From Octopus sinensis (lineage: Eukaryota): DNA of 64,000 nucleotides. A program made the translations under genes and the position numbers. Position 1 is the stretch's first letter, and every line of letters starts with the position of its first letter. The stretch is from assembly GCF_006345805.1 (NCBI RefSeq), contig NC_042998.1, forward strand, positions 44,640,001-44,704,000, written 5' to 3'. Shown here one piece after another: positions 12,659 to 25,820 of the stretch. The notes under the pieces were generated by a model, which saw only the letters and a list, made by a program, of their open reading frames with translations, was not told where the DNA came from and made no database searches.

Positions 12659-12667
12659 CATATATAT
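12309..12667. repeat. Long (TA)n microsatellite
   Basis: Directly visible. Confidence 0.95.
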
Positions 12668-14155
12668 GAGCATACTGATAATTTTATGTCAATTCTAGTG
12701 TAGTTTTTAATCATGTTACTTTCACTGATTTTATAGTTATTAAATATCTAGCCAAATCTTAAATATTTTTGCATCATCCCTGAGACTATCTCTCAAATTT
12801 TCTAGTAATAGAGCAACAGCTACTATCTCACGTAAGTTATTGCAGTTAGTAGAAACATTATTGAAAACTGATGAAAATTAATGACCCATTCTTCTTACCA
12901 ACCAGTTAAATTTTCTTTAGACCCATTTTATAGTTATGACAGCTGAACAAGAAATTGTTATCTACCCATTAGTTTGTTCCTGTTACGCACTTGCTGCTGC
13001 CAATATTCTTTTGTATATGTGTAATACAAGAACGAATGACGTCTATTTATGAGCTAGATTTTCTTAATCTCTTTCCTTCGTTCTGAGAGCTTCTTAGAAT
13101 AGAAATATTTCATTGAAAATATAGAATACCATTCACAAAGACGCCTCATTCTTCCATCACATGATAATTAGATCTGTTGTTGGCATATCAATCAAAAGGT
13201 GATATGACGAATACAACTTTGGCATGTTAAGCTTTATATAAATTATACGAAACAGCAGTTCGCTAGAATCTGTATTCTTTCTCTAGAATTCTTTGCATGA
13301 GATTGTATGTAGCTATTTGTGTATGTTTTTTTTTCTGTGTGTGTGTGTATAGTATGTGTACGTGTGTGCGTGTACGTGTACTGAACATCTCAGTTGTTGT
13401 ATGCCAACACTTATTTAATAACTTCAAGTAAATATTTTTGCCAAATATATAAGTAGTTAAAATATTTTTTTTTTTGCTCTGAAAATATATTATAATTATT
13501 AGGTAGTTTAAGCATAATACCTTTTCATACTGAAGAATCCTGTGACACCAGTTACTATGCAAATTATAAAATGCCACAATAGGATATATTTTAGTACGAC
13601 ACTGTCATAATCATTTCAAAGTGGATAAAATTAACTCGGAAATGACAAAACTAAAAGTTCTGCACTTTTAGCAACTAGAATACGACATAGATTACAGAGT
13701 CAAAGCGGGATGTTCTTGTATTGGAACCTAATTTTAACTTTAAGACGCAGTAAGACGCTCTAAGATGCGCTAAGATTTAAGGGACTTGTCCATTCACATG
13801 TCAGAACGTCAAGAAGAGATTAAGAAATGAAGATCGACATAGCCTAGAGTCGTAAATATACCATTATCCATTCTTATGTCGAATCAGTGAGAGAGAGGGA
13901 GAAAAATAAATGATTTGTATGCAGACTCTCTACGAGTGCTATTGTTTGTAATAAACACAATTTTCCTTGTTTTAATTAAAATATCAAATCAGATATCTAC
14001 ATGAATGTGGGATGAGAGGGTGGGTGAATAAGGTTTGTTGTAAATTTCTGACATAGTTTCAATCAATCAAATGTTCTAAGTGAAGAGAAAAGATTTATTC
14101 ACTGCCTGGCCACATTTATATAACTATATATGTATGCAAGCGTATATATACGTGT

Positions 14156-14196
<41 letters not shown>

Positions 14197-14865
14197 TATA
14201 CAGATATATATTTATGCGTGTGTCTGTGTATCTGTGTCTATGAGTGAGTCTGTGTGTTTACATGTGTCTGCGCGCGCACGAGTTTGCCTGTGCCTGTGTG
14301 TTTGCTTGTATATGTATATATAATTATCATTTTGTCTTCAAGCAATTACTGAATTATCGAGAACCAGTACATTTGTATAAAAAGGAAAGAAAACGCACAA
14401 ACACCTTAGCTTTCCATCCTAATCATTCAATTCCATCACACAGTAGAAATTGCAATAATAAACAATAAATAAATAAGAAAGACAAAATACTCTGCCTGGT
14501 CTCAATGAAAAATTATCTACTTTCATCGATTTCAACGCTAAAATATTTTGCTTGGGGCAGTCATTTCTTTCTTGTCGTAGTGTCTTTTTTTTCTCTCCTT
14601 CTTTTGTCTTTTATTTCAATAACACATCTTTCAGAGATATATGTTTTACGTCAATCGACATTATTACTGAATCTGTTTAGTAGAATCACACCAATCGGAA
14701 CACATTTATATGTCGCAAATCTTTTCATTTCTTTGTATTCACGTAATAGAATATCAATGAAATGTACCTTGTTTCTTCCATCATTTCTATGAACTATCAA
14801 AACTACTTAACTAAGTCGATTTATTTCATTTCTTTCTATCTTTCTTTATCAATTTATCGTTCTAG

Positions 14866-14934
14866 ACTCAAGAAAGAAGAAGTCCGTATAAGATCCAGGG
14901 CAGAGCTTCTGGAAATGAGAGAGCAATGGCGAAG
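14866..14934 (+). CDS. Candidate host-gene exon (phase 2 to 2): LKKEEVRIRSRAELLEMREQWR
   Basis: Long polypyrimidine tract and ttctag acceptor, AAG|gttatt donor, purine-rich body. Splices in frame to 16170. Confidence 0.45.
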
Positions 14935-15517
14935 GTTATTATTATCTTTTTATAACACTTTATTCATATATTCTACATTCATTTTTATCAATGTCATTCT
15001 ATTCATGATTCATCCTTTCTTACTTTACCTATTTATTTCTTCCTACATTCTGTCCTAAAATGTATCGTGTTCAATTTCTGCATCATTTTACTACCAAATA
15101 ATTGAAAACAATATATTTAATTAAATCCTTTTAAAAATATTTTAGACAACGTCAATCCGAAACTGCAAATCTTTCGTGAGTTGAAATTTGATGTACTTCT
15201 AAAACTGATAATAATATAGCGGAATGCTGTGTCTTGGTTTTAATGCTTGCTTTAATAACGGTAGAATGGTAGAATGGTAGTGTTTTGCTTATATCATATC
15301 ATATCACATATATATATATATATATGTATATGTATGTATATGACATTCAGTAGACTTCATACATAGAATGTTGTTGGCTAGTCGTTTTGAATTTTCAATA
15401 AGTTGATATTTTTTTCAGATTTATGAACACAATGTATATGAATGAAAAATAATGTGTAAATATATATATATATATATATATACATAATATATGTATATAA
15501 TATACGATATATATATG

Positions 15518-15576
<59 letters not shown>

Positions 15577-16169
15577 TATATATATTATATACATAATATA
15601 TGTATATAATATACGATATATATATAATATATATATACATATATATGTATACACACAAACACACACATATCAGCATAGAGTAGTTCGAGTGAAGCCTTTT
15701 GTGATAGTTGAGGTTAAAATTGAAGTTGTAAAAAAGCCAATGCAATGCAGCCTGAAATATTGGAGTGAAAAGATGAGTAATGAAGACAAAAGAATTGCTT
15801 AAACTTTACCTTATATTTTTGTACTTCGGTCTTAATGTCCTCGTTCTTCACGTGAAAGTGAAACATTGTGTTGAACTGGTATTTTTACTCAGATACGTGA
15901 AAGAGTTTGGAAGCTGGTATTTGCGAGTTGGAATCAAAAGATAGCTAAGAGGTATTCACACTGCACAACTTGCTTATTTACGATTTGAACATGTTCTCGA
16001 AAGCCTCTGTAACTGCTGCAATACCTACAATGAATACACCGTTCGAAAGCTACATTTACTCATCAAGTAACACGTGAAATCAGACATGTCCACCATTTAA
16101 ACAATACATAAAAGAAAAAACCACATTCGGAACACATTAAGACAACAGAATGTAACATCGGCCATTTAG

Positions 16170-16222
16170 GGTCATGAGAGCCATCAAAGCCATCGATCAA
16201 CAACAAACGCGAATTACGCAAG
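16170..16222 (+). CDS. Candidate host-gene exon (phase 2 to 1): VMRAIKAIDQQQTRITQ
   Basis: Weak catttag acceptor, strong AAG|gtaaat donor. Phases match both neighbouring candidate exons. Confidence 0.45.
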
Positions 16223-16679
16223 GTAAATTGTTTATAGTAAGTATACCATTCTATGCATGTCCACTTCCTCCTATATATATAAAAAAGCTTAGCAACACGA
16301 CACCATCCTACGTTCTCTCCAGCCGCAGTGTTATTAACCTCGAAATATCGGAAAATTAGGTAAAGTGTAAGACGTTGTTATGTCAACATTATTTGATTAC
16401 CACTGTGTTTTCATTCCTATGTTTTGATGGGCATTGTATTGGTTTTCAAACATCTTTTTAACTCGATATATATGTCATTACAATTTGATGTATGGTTCTG
16501 CGTATTGTATATCTTACAATTGCCTATACCTCCCACCTTTTCTCTTGCTCTCTCACTTTTTTTCTTTTTTATACATGTATGTTCACACACACACACACAC
16601 ACATACGTGTATATATATATATATATATATATATACAAATACGTACATACACATATATGTACTATATTCAAATGCATAC

Positions 16680-16755
<76 letters not shown>

Positions 16756-17469
16756 CTATATATATATATATATATATATAGATATATATATATATATATA
16801 TATAGGGATTCATAAATACATGCACACATACATTTATACATATGTAATATACATAGATACATGTTTTTTCTCTTAATTCACGCTTTTCTATAGAGTGAAA
16901 TAATCTTACCCATTACTTCATTTTATATACACATATGAGCATATATGCTCGTACCCATACACACACATCAATTAATTATATATCTGCAAAGAAAGAATTT
17001 CCAGCAACTGATTTCTAACAACTGTTCAGATCTATCGAATCGCGTCGTCTGTTTTATTGTGGTTATTGTTCTTGTACTTGCTTTGGGTTTTTTATTCTTT
17101 TTTGATAAACAGAGAATATTTGTGCAACATTATAGATACAGGATGATAGTATCAGAGTTATAGAAATTTGACGATTATTCAACTTTTTCAGAACATGTGC
17201 AAACTGTTCCTAAAAAATCTTATTCTAAGCTCGTTTCCTCTTGAAAAGAATCAATCTAATGGAATATCTTACGAATTCTCCTTGAACATGAAGCCAAATA
17301 GCATCATAGATGGCCTTCGGCGTTAAAGGAATGGTATAGTATTATGCTATATCACAACTTTGTACCTCTAGCAACTTTGTGCAACTACCATGAATTTTTG
17401 ATGTTCCATATTACACATTGCATATACGCTTTTAAAGGGTAGCATGGATCTCGTTTTGTGGGAATATTC

Positions 17470-17665
17470 TTTTCTACTCTAGGCACCGGGCCCGAAATTT
17501 TAGAGGAGGATTCCAGTCGATTAGATAGACCCCAGTACGCAACTGGTACTTAATTTATCGACCCAGTAAGGATGAAAGGCAAAGTCGAACTCAGAACGTA
17601 AAGCCAGACGAAATACTGCTAAGCATTTCGCCCAGCGTGCTAACGTTTCTGCCAGCTCGCCGCCT
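17470..17665 (-). mobile_element. SINE family M with 19-bp target-site duplication
   Basis: Head (aaggcggcgagctggcagaaacgttagcacg) and body are visible. Perfect TSD tcgttttgtgggaatattc at 17451-17469 and 17666-17684. Confidence 0.9.
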
Positions 17666-17825
17666 TCGTTTTGTGGGAATATTCACGTTATTTTATTTGC
17701 AGGTTACGTATTTTTCTGGCATTCCACTACCATGGCAATAATTTCTGTCACACTAATTACCATACATTATATATCTCGTTCCTTAATTATTACTATCATT
17801 TTTATTCTACAGCTGTAAGAGAGCC

Positions 17826-18010
17826 AGCTCAAAATGCTTAGTGTCATTCCGTTCGGCTTTATGTTATAAGTTCAAATCCCACCGAGATCGACATTGCCTT
17901 TCATCCTTTCGGGGTCGATGAAATAAATACCTAACACGTACTGGGATTGATGTAATCGACTAGTCCCCTCCCACAAAATTTCAGGCCCTGTGCCTAAAGT
18001 AGAAAGGATT
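17826..18010 (+). mobile_element. SINE family M, 5'-eroded
   Basis: gcctttcatcctttcggggtcgatgaaataaatacc core and aaaatttcaggccctgtgcc tail. Confidence 0.75.
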
Positions 18011-18210
18011 GTTGTATTAAAACTTAACTCATAAAGAAGATTCAAATGTAGTCAATAGAAATGGCTAAACTCAGCAGATTTGTGGGTACTTTTTACGTGA
18101 AGAATCCATGAACGGATTCATTTTGGGATGTACATATTGCTTTGCAAGATAAGGAAGCATTCATTATATATATGACGTACTTCTGATCCTACTGCTCCTT
18201 TTGTTGACAG

Positions 18211-18362
18211 TGATTCTGTACAATCTAAACGGGCTGCGCAGCAATTGTAATGGTGGTGGACACAATCGACGCTTTGTTCAGTTAATTCTTCATTGTATCG
18301 ATTCGGCCGTCTGCAGTTCTAGTGATAAAGTCACGCAAATAACTAAACTGGAATATAGCTAA
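18211..18362 (+). CDS. Candidate terminal coding exon: (V)ILYNLNGLRSNCNGGGHNRRFVQLILHCIDSAVCSSSDKVTQITKLEYS*
   Basis: ctccttttgttgacag acceptor, 50 open codons in the phase required by the previous exon, and AATAAA at 18396-18401. Confidence 0.4.
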
Positions 18363-18437
18363 CGTCCAATATATGCGCAGATAAAGTAAATTCAGAATAA
18401 ATCCCATCGCAGTGTAAAATGTTTCGTGGCAAAGTAA

Positions 18438-18864
18438 TCTATATATATAAAACTGTAGTTGTGTGAGTGTCTGTCCCCTTCGATTTAGATTCCTAACTAC
18501 TCCCACATTTTGCGGTGCAGTTTAACCAAATTCGGGTATCTTATAGTCGTGCTTAATATCGAGCCCGGCTGGCTATTAGCGCGCGTCTACGATGAGTCTA
18601 CGATTTTAAAAATAATTTAACATCATTTTTTATTCCATTTTAATGCATAATTTTTCGTGTGTCGATGGCGGCGGAGTTGGCGTCCACGCTCAAACACCTG
18701 CACCTGTGTTTGCTTCTCCCCCTTCTTCCCTCATGGCTTGAAGACACCAAAACAGAAATGGCTAAGAAAGCCCGAATTGGCATCTATAAGGGAAGTAACT
18801 CTCTAAAAATGCTTATATAGTTATTTCCCTTACAAACCCGAGCAACGCCGGGCGATACTGCTAG
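18438..18864 (+). mobile_element. Non-autonomous Helitron (427 bp)
   Basis: 5' A|TC(tatatatataaaactg), 3' hairpin cccg-agcaacgc-cggg (18837-18852) followed by CTAG|T, no TSD. These are canonical Helitron termini. Confidence 0.8.
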
Positions 18865-19587
18865 TTATATATAAAAGTATACCGTCAAGAATGTTGGAGT
18901 ATAAAAATTCTGGGAGTTTTCCAATAAGCTTTCACATGCTGGAGATACAGAGTTTGTGTCAAATACGCCCAGTATCAATCCTAGAAAAGATCAACACATC
19001 AATAACGCATTACTGTCATGCTTTATTAACACACAATTCCATTAGCAGAACTTTAAGTTTTAGTGTTTAAACAAATATTCAGTAAATGTCAAGGGAAGAA
19101 TGCGCTAGACGAGATTGATTAAGAACATATGCGGTTTATTGATTTTGCTAGTAATAATTTTATCATAAGTCTGTGTAAACAGCATATGTATAAACCAAGC
19201 TATTCTATATTTTCATAAACATTCCCTCCCGATTTTATTCTAAAACAAATCAAAAAGATTCTATATACTTTTGATAAAATATTAGAAATTCAAAACATTA
19301 AAAAAATATTGCATATATCACCAAGGAGTGAAAGATGTTCTCATCCTGAATACTTCAACTTTCAATTCACATAGATTTGATAATATAAACACACGTAATA
19401 CATACATATATGAGAGCTATTGATATCTAGAAGACCCAAAGAGTGGCAGGTAACGCTAAGTAAGTGCTTATAGACAGACCGTAGTTGAACTCTTGGTTCG
19501 ATAGTGATACGAGTGAGGCGTCTAATAATCCTTGTATAAGTATGCGTATAAGTCTTGTATTAGTATGCATATATATATATATATATT

Positions 19588-19990
19588 AGACAAAATGAGA
19601 TAACAAAGCCAAGGTTGTGAGGAGTTTTCAGGACATTTATAAGGAAAGAGATATAGATATAGTCTTACGGCTGTTTCTGGGAAATTATGGATATCCCTTT
19701 ATCAGAGACTATGTGAGATGTTAAAAAATATTTGAGTTCCAAATAAGGAATTATTATGGAAAAGGGAAGATAGAGGGAAATAAGATAATGAAAGTAGAAA
19801 CACAAGTGTATATTCGTTCCTATTTATGTATTACCATTTTGGCTGTTTGGAACCCTACATTGGCTGTTCCAATTATATTTGTTACAATGGATTAATGTCA
19901 TTAGCTGTTTGTAACTTAATGGATTAAAGTGTTCCCAGATCAACCCTTATCGTTAAGGATCCAAATGAAAAAGGAACACCCAGTGCAGGG
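19588..19990 (-). mobile_element. 3' end of a PLE-like element (family E)
   Basis: Abuts (TA)n and carries a hammerhead-like fold at 19661-19711. A frameshifted KLQTANDIN near 19900 weakly resembles a PLE endonuclease terminus. Upper boundary is uncertain. Confidence 0.4.
19661..19711 (-). ncRNA. Type-I hammerhead-like motif (family E, G8A in this copy)
   Basis: AGUCU-CUGAUAA-AA-GGGA...UCCC-A-GAA-ACAGCCGU-A-AGACU. Stem I is AGUCU/AGACU, the cleavage triplet is GUA, and stem III is near-palindromic. Confidence 0.55.
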
Positions 19991-20031
19991 CTCCAAGCAA
20001 TGTAAGTATGGAAACGCACGTAGGAACTAAT

Positions 20032-20247
20032 TATCCTTTCCCATTTAGACACGACGCCGGAAATTTGGGAGAGGGGGACAGTTGATTGTATCGACCCCAG
20101 TGCTCTACTGGTACTTATTTCATCGCGCCCGAAAGGATGAAAGGCAAAGTTAATTTCGGCGGAATTCGAACACAAAATGCAAGGACGAACGAAATGCCGC
20201 TAAGCATTTTGCTCGGCGTGCTAGCGATTCTGCCAGCTCGCCGCCTT
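20032..20247 (-). mobile_element. SINE family M with 10-bp TSD
   Basis: Full head and body. aggaactaat occurs at 20022-20031 and 20251-20260. Confidence 0.85.
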
Positions 20248-21217
20248 CACAGGAACTAATAATATAAACTTGTACTTTCGTGCAGGACGTGGAGAGGGCT
20301 GTGTCTCACCAGGTCTAAATTGCCCAACCCAGCGCCCCGACGACTCCATCAGAGACTTCAGGAACATAGGCATGACATAGCATGCCATGGAATGACAAGG
20401 CATGGCATATATCTACAAATATACGGGTTTTGGATGAATGAATGCATGGATGAATAGATGAACCTATGTACGTAAGTATGTAGGAATTGCTATATCAACC
20501 AACTGAAGTTCGTAAATAATAATAACTGAATTACTATTTTCTTCTGAAGATCTAGTATTTTAATGTTATTATATAATCATTTACGTAAAAATTACTGCAT
20601 CACATACTAGACTTTGCGTGTGAAAGACGCGTAAACATTGCAATTTATGATGTTATCATGAAGGTCTTTGATTCTCCTGTTTATTACATTAGCAACAAAT
20701 GTCACTTGGATATAAAAGTAGTCGTTTGAGTTACGGTTAAAATCCACTGGACGGGCGTTCTCACAGCTTCCTTTTTCACAATTTCTCAAATAATTCATGG
20801 CTCAGGTTACAACGAAACACACATTTCCAAATTGCCATACTGTAGTACCGAACTCTTAACCTTTTTATTAAGAAGTGAACTACTTCTTAACTATTCTCCC
20901 ATTCTCTGTGTATATGCATACATATACATATCTATGTGTGTATGCGTGTCTGTGTGTGTGTGTGCGTGCCTGTGTGTGCGTGCGTGCTTGTGTGTGTGTG
21001 CGTGCTTGTGTGTGTGTGTGTGTGATACGTATATATGTACATATTTCTGAATGTATGTAAGTCTGTATATATTCTATACAAATCTGTCCGACGAACGGGA
21101 ACGTGAAGCTCTGAGTTTTTGTGATATTCTTGCTGCTTATAATAAAGCATATTACTCTACCTCTGGTATTCGAATACTATTTTTCTACCTTGTTTCACAT
21201 TTATGTGCTTACTCCGG

Positions 21218-21260
<43 letters not shown>

Positions 21261-22811
21261 TGTGTGTGTGTTCTTCAAATCCAGCGATTTTAAGGTAATA
21301 TAAATGGCTTCCAAGCGGAAAGCAGACTCGCCTTATACTGTTTCGATGGCATTGGTCAAGAAATTCAATAAAATGATTATGCATAACTAACGTTAAACCC
21401 CTTTTGGAACGTCTTTTTTAACCAGTATTTCTAACAACTACTAGTATTTAGTATTTTACACAAAATATTTCGCTTATTAACTGAAAGGTTCTCGATTTCA
21501 ACATGTTATAACACTTCTTTAATCAGTCCTAGGAATATGAGAAACACTTTCAACTATAGTTTTATTTGAACATATACTGAGTTAATTTGCAGTGAAATAT
21601 TTTGTATCGCGTTCTGTTCATGGTTACCACTATTAACATCACACAAAGCAATATACACATTTTCTGTTATTGGAAACAAGCTTAGACATTTTCGGGAGCT
21701 GTTATTAGATCATCGAATCAATGTTACTGGTACATACTTTACTGACGACAGAGAAAGGTTAAAAATTCTGACAGGCTTTACTTGGATTTGAAATCAGAAA
21801 GCCATTCCTATTACTGGTTCGTTAGCTCTTGTTTCGAGCAAAACGCTGAATTTGTAATGAGTAAAGGGCTGGTTTCTAGTAAAATATTGCTATGCTACTA
21901 TTAATTAATTTTCTTACTAACTTCGCGTGTTTAAAATTTTAATCTAGATCGGTGACAGATGAGCTGAGATGAAAGAAACAGGATGCTGCAGCGCATTTAG
22001 TCAGGTGTTTAAACTTTTCTGTTGCATCTTTTTCGTTTTCCAACAAACTCGGTTGAATACTGCTATTAACGACTCTACTCTCAACTTTCTACGTTGAAAA
22101 TACTCATATAGTTTGGAGAAAGACACACGTTTGGATTAACGGAATCACTGAGATTAAATTTTTGCTGAAAGTAACATAAGAAAAATAAATCAACTAACTG
22201 AATTCAATCTATTCTGAGATTTAAAATTCAGCAACTCGGTGTTTGGTCATGTCTTCAAAAAGATCGTAGAAAATGTTTATGCAACGTATCAGTATTGGGA
22301 AAGCATTCATTATTTTTGTGATAATGGGCAAACTGTTCTTCAACGGATCCTTTTTGAACAAACTAAAATGTTTCTATCCACGTGGCGAACCAGTTTTGTT
22401 GACAGAGCAGATCATTAATCAATATTTAGAGTATAATGTTCTTTAGATCAGCTGCTTCGAAATTTAAATGTGAGAAGATTTGTATGCATATCGTCACATG
22501 GAAAGAAAAGCCGACTTAGATTGCATAATGGATATATTTTATGCAGAGTTGTTAACATTTCGTTAATTCACTCCTCCGACATTAGCCGAGTTTCGAACAT
22601 TTCCAATGAAAATTGATGGAAATACTACTTATACAGTCTCTGTAAGATCATATTCGGAATTAATTTATAATTTTTCCAATAATGCATATAATCAATATAA
22701 TTTGAAACACACGGAAAATAGCGTTGTTATAACTTAAAAAAGTTTCTTCTACTTGATTAAAGCAAATTTCCGGCCTTAAACAAAATATGTTTTGATACCA
22801 TTCACCTATTT

Positions 22812-23037
22812 CTTTAATACCCACAAGGGGCTAAACACAGAGAGGACAAACAAGGACAGAGAAACGGAATAAGTCGATTATATCGACCCCAGTGCATAAC
22901 TAGTACTTATTTAATCGACCCCGAAAGCAAGAAAGGCAAAGTCGACCTCAGCGGAATTTGAACTCAGAACGTAACCGTAGACGAAATACCACTAAGCATT
23001 TCGCCCGGCGTGCTAACGTTTCTACCAGCTCGCCGCC
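22812..23037 (-). mobile_element. SINE family M (long-tail subfamily) with 22-bp TSD
   Basis: ttttgat(a/g)ccattcacctattt at 22790-22811 and 23038-23059, one mismatch. Confidence 0.9.
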
Positions 23038-24199
23038 TTTTGATGCCATTCACCTATTTGTCTGTGCTTCTTATTTCTTTCAAACAATATGAGAAGTGAA
23101 AAATCACATTCAGATCCTAATATATCCCACAATTATGTCATGAAGAAACGAAAACGAGAAAATATATTTGTTTCAATTTTCAGTCGCAGCTACTCCAGTT
23201 CATTTACAGTCAATGCCTTTTATGAAAATGAAATTCTAATCCCTCTACGCTATGAAATCTAAGTTTGTGTTCGTACATAAGAAATCAAAGCCAAGTAGAA
23301 CTGTAAGGCAATTAATTGAAATACGCTATATTTGCTTTTAATGTAAGTCATTATTCTCCAATTTTCAAGTGAATATTTTTTTTTACGTAACAGTAATTTT
23401 CTCTTATCAGATTTCATGTCATTTGAAATCCATTTCTAAATTATATTAGCAACATAAATAACAAGTAAATGCTACAGCAAAACAGCCAAATTGAAATGCA
23501 TATTCAGACCTCAGCTAGCATACATTTAATTTAAAACATGTCTCCCAAGTGCCACTCTACACGTTCGTTTCTAATATTAGAATAAAAAGCAACACTGAGC
23601 AGTCGATTAAATAAGATGCCCGCTAAATACTGGGATCGATATAAACGACTCTACCCGAAAATATATGAGCTTGTGTTTATGTTAAAAGTCAATATGATAA
23701 AAAATCCTGGTATTCTATAAGGATTGCTTAAAAAATGACTGTGACATTCTAACTTCTTTTATTGTATTAGCGTAGACTAGAATAGAAACTTGACCGTAAA
23801 TTAATCACACTGAACTTAACTGTAAGATATGCGTTAATTTTAAATTGTTCAAGGCCTGTTATTTTCTTCTCCAGTCTGTTTATCTTTCTCTTCTCTCATC
23901 ATTTTACAAATGTCGCTGTTTCTCTTTAGGTCTGCTTTGCGTTTATAAGCATGGGCTTAAGTTCCTCCTGACAGTACTGCGACGGACAAAATACCTTATA
24001 ACTTTTAGTTATGGTTCTTTACTTAGCTCAAATCTCAACAGTATGAACTTGGCCTTTTAGCCTTCCAGAATCAGTAAAATAAAGCCTCAGGCATATACTG
24101 GAGTCATTCTTATACGCTTTACTCTCCCCTAAAATCTTTGGGTGGCACCTACCTGTTAGAAATGAATAGGAAAAACTAGTGCCTATCTGGTGGGATTCC

Positions 24200-24660
24200 A
24201 TGATTCATTGTCATATAAAAATCAATATCACATTACAATTCGTAATATCTATTTGAATGGGTATTTTCAGAGGAAGAGAATGACTGGTGAGTTGTGATAT
24301 AGAAGGTAGAAAAGAAAATGTTAGAGATGGTGAACAAGAAAGAGACAGTGAAAGAAAAAGAAAAATCGAGTAGTGTTAATAGAGGCCATCTGTAATGAAA
24401 AGAAAGGAAAGAGAAAAAAGGACAGTTTGAGAAAGACAAATAAAAAGTTGGAAATTAAGCTGCAAAAGACAACGCGACTTTATGACGAAGTGAAAGGTGA
24501 AAGCGATAAAAACAAGGAGGAAGCAGGGAAAATAGATAATGTGATAAAAATAAATGAGAGATAATTGACAGAAAAATTAAAAGAAAATATTGTGAGAGAT
24601 AACAAATCGGTAGTGTATATAAGGAGAAAGACGAGAATGGCAGATGTGTTGGAAAGATTA
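24200..24660 (+). mobile_element. Highly decayed purine-rich LINE-like remnant
   Basis: Patches such as LQKTTR and IRRKTRMADVLERL resemble the RTE-type RT tail. The signal is weak. Confidence 0.25.
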
Positions 24661-25365
24661 GAAATATGAAACTATATAGCCTAAGAATTTAAACGAAGTT
24701 TTATAAGACAAGAATCTCCTCGGAAAGGAATTTACAGTAAATGTAATTAATTGACCGAGAGACTGTAGCGCCTATTATTCTAATCATATGAGGATTTTAG
24801 AATCAAATGTGTGGTTTCCTTTTGAATCTAGACGAAATCTAATCTGGCGCTGCTCAGCAAAATTGATATGAATATCACATAGAGTGATTTCATTGCTGGC
24901 TCTAAACCCTGAGATGGTGTTCACTCAGAAGAAACAGGAAATTTTAACGTTTATGACTGTTCGATTGTCATTAGTGTTATAACTGAAATCAAATAACTGT
25001 TACTCTAATCGATATTTCATGTAGAATAAATAACTACTTAATGTAACCACGAAGCTGAAGATTTTATGTGATGCTAAAAGAGAAATCTTGACGATGAAAC
25101 ATATTAGGGATGTAGGTGAACTGAAATATTTACAACCAAGTAATCAAACGGTACTATTGTTACGTTATAAAAATGGGTCGACAGGAGCTTATCGTTATAC
25201 TAATACACTTGTCGTTATAGCGGACGTAGTTTTTATTCCAAAAGGAGAACATTTGTTGAACCAGTATGATAGTAGTATGAATTTTATTATATTCATCAGA
25301 GAAATTAGAGAGGTAAACTACGGAAACAAACATTATTAGAGGAATACAAAATTAAAACTAGAAAT

Positions 25366-25440
25366 ACTACAAGGGGTGCTGAAAAGTTTCTGACTTTGGA
25401 TAAAGGAAAATACGGTAGGATCGGTTAATTATGATTATAT
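25366..25440 (+). mobile_element. Possible isolated mariner-type terminus
   Basis: tacaaggggtgctgaaaagtttctgactt resembles recalled mariner TIRs. No partner TIR found. Confidence 0.3.
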
Positions 25441-25469
25441 TTGATACGTGCAAACACCCCCCCCCCCCC

Positions 25470-25820
25470 GTCCAATGGACGGTGCTGAATTGTCATACAT
25501 TTAAACCAAATTTTCTCAAAACAGCTTGTCCTACCGTTCCATATGCCACCCCTTTGAGTAACACTGATTTAACCTAAATTTGAGACACCAGCAAAAGACG
25601 GATTTCGACTGATGTACTTGTGCGTACAAATGCACGTTTCCACGATTTTATCGATCGCATTCTCTCCTGGAATCGATGTTTGTAATTTTTTCAAGACTTA
25701 TACACGCCCTGATACCGTCGGTATCTATATATATCAAATTTGAGCGCAATCGGATGGAGGATGCCCAAGATCCTAGAAGACAGACACACAGACAGACAGA
25801 ACGGATTTTATATAATAGAT
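25470..25820 (+). mobile_element. Helentron/DINE-like non-autonomous element fragment
   Basis: Ends aaatttgagcgcaatcgg...acagacacacagacagacagaacggattttatataatagat, similar to the recalled HINE/DINE end. 5' limit is uncertain. Confidence 0.4.

Noticed and set aside
20300-20350. Possible minus-strand exon SLMESSGRWVGQFRP with a CTG|gtgaga donor
   Set aside because: The acceptor is weak, an equally plausible + strand reading exists, and no partner exons were found.
20607-20798. PVDFNRNSNDY resembles the fibrinogen-domain motif VDFNRNWNDY
   Set aside because: Flanking residues do not match (no preceding QRR.DGS, no following GFG...EFWLG) and the Trp is absent; probably coincidence.
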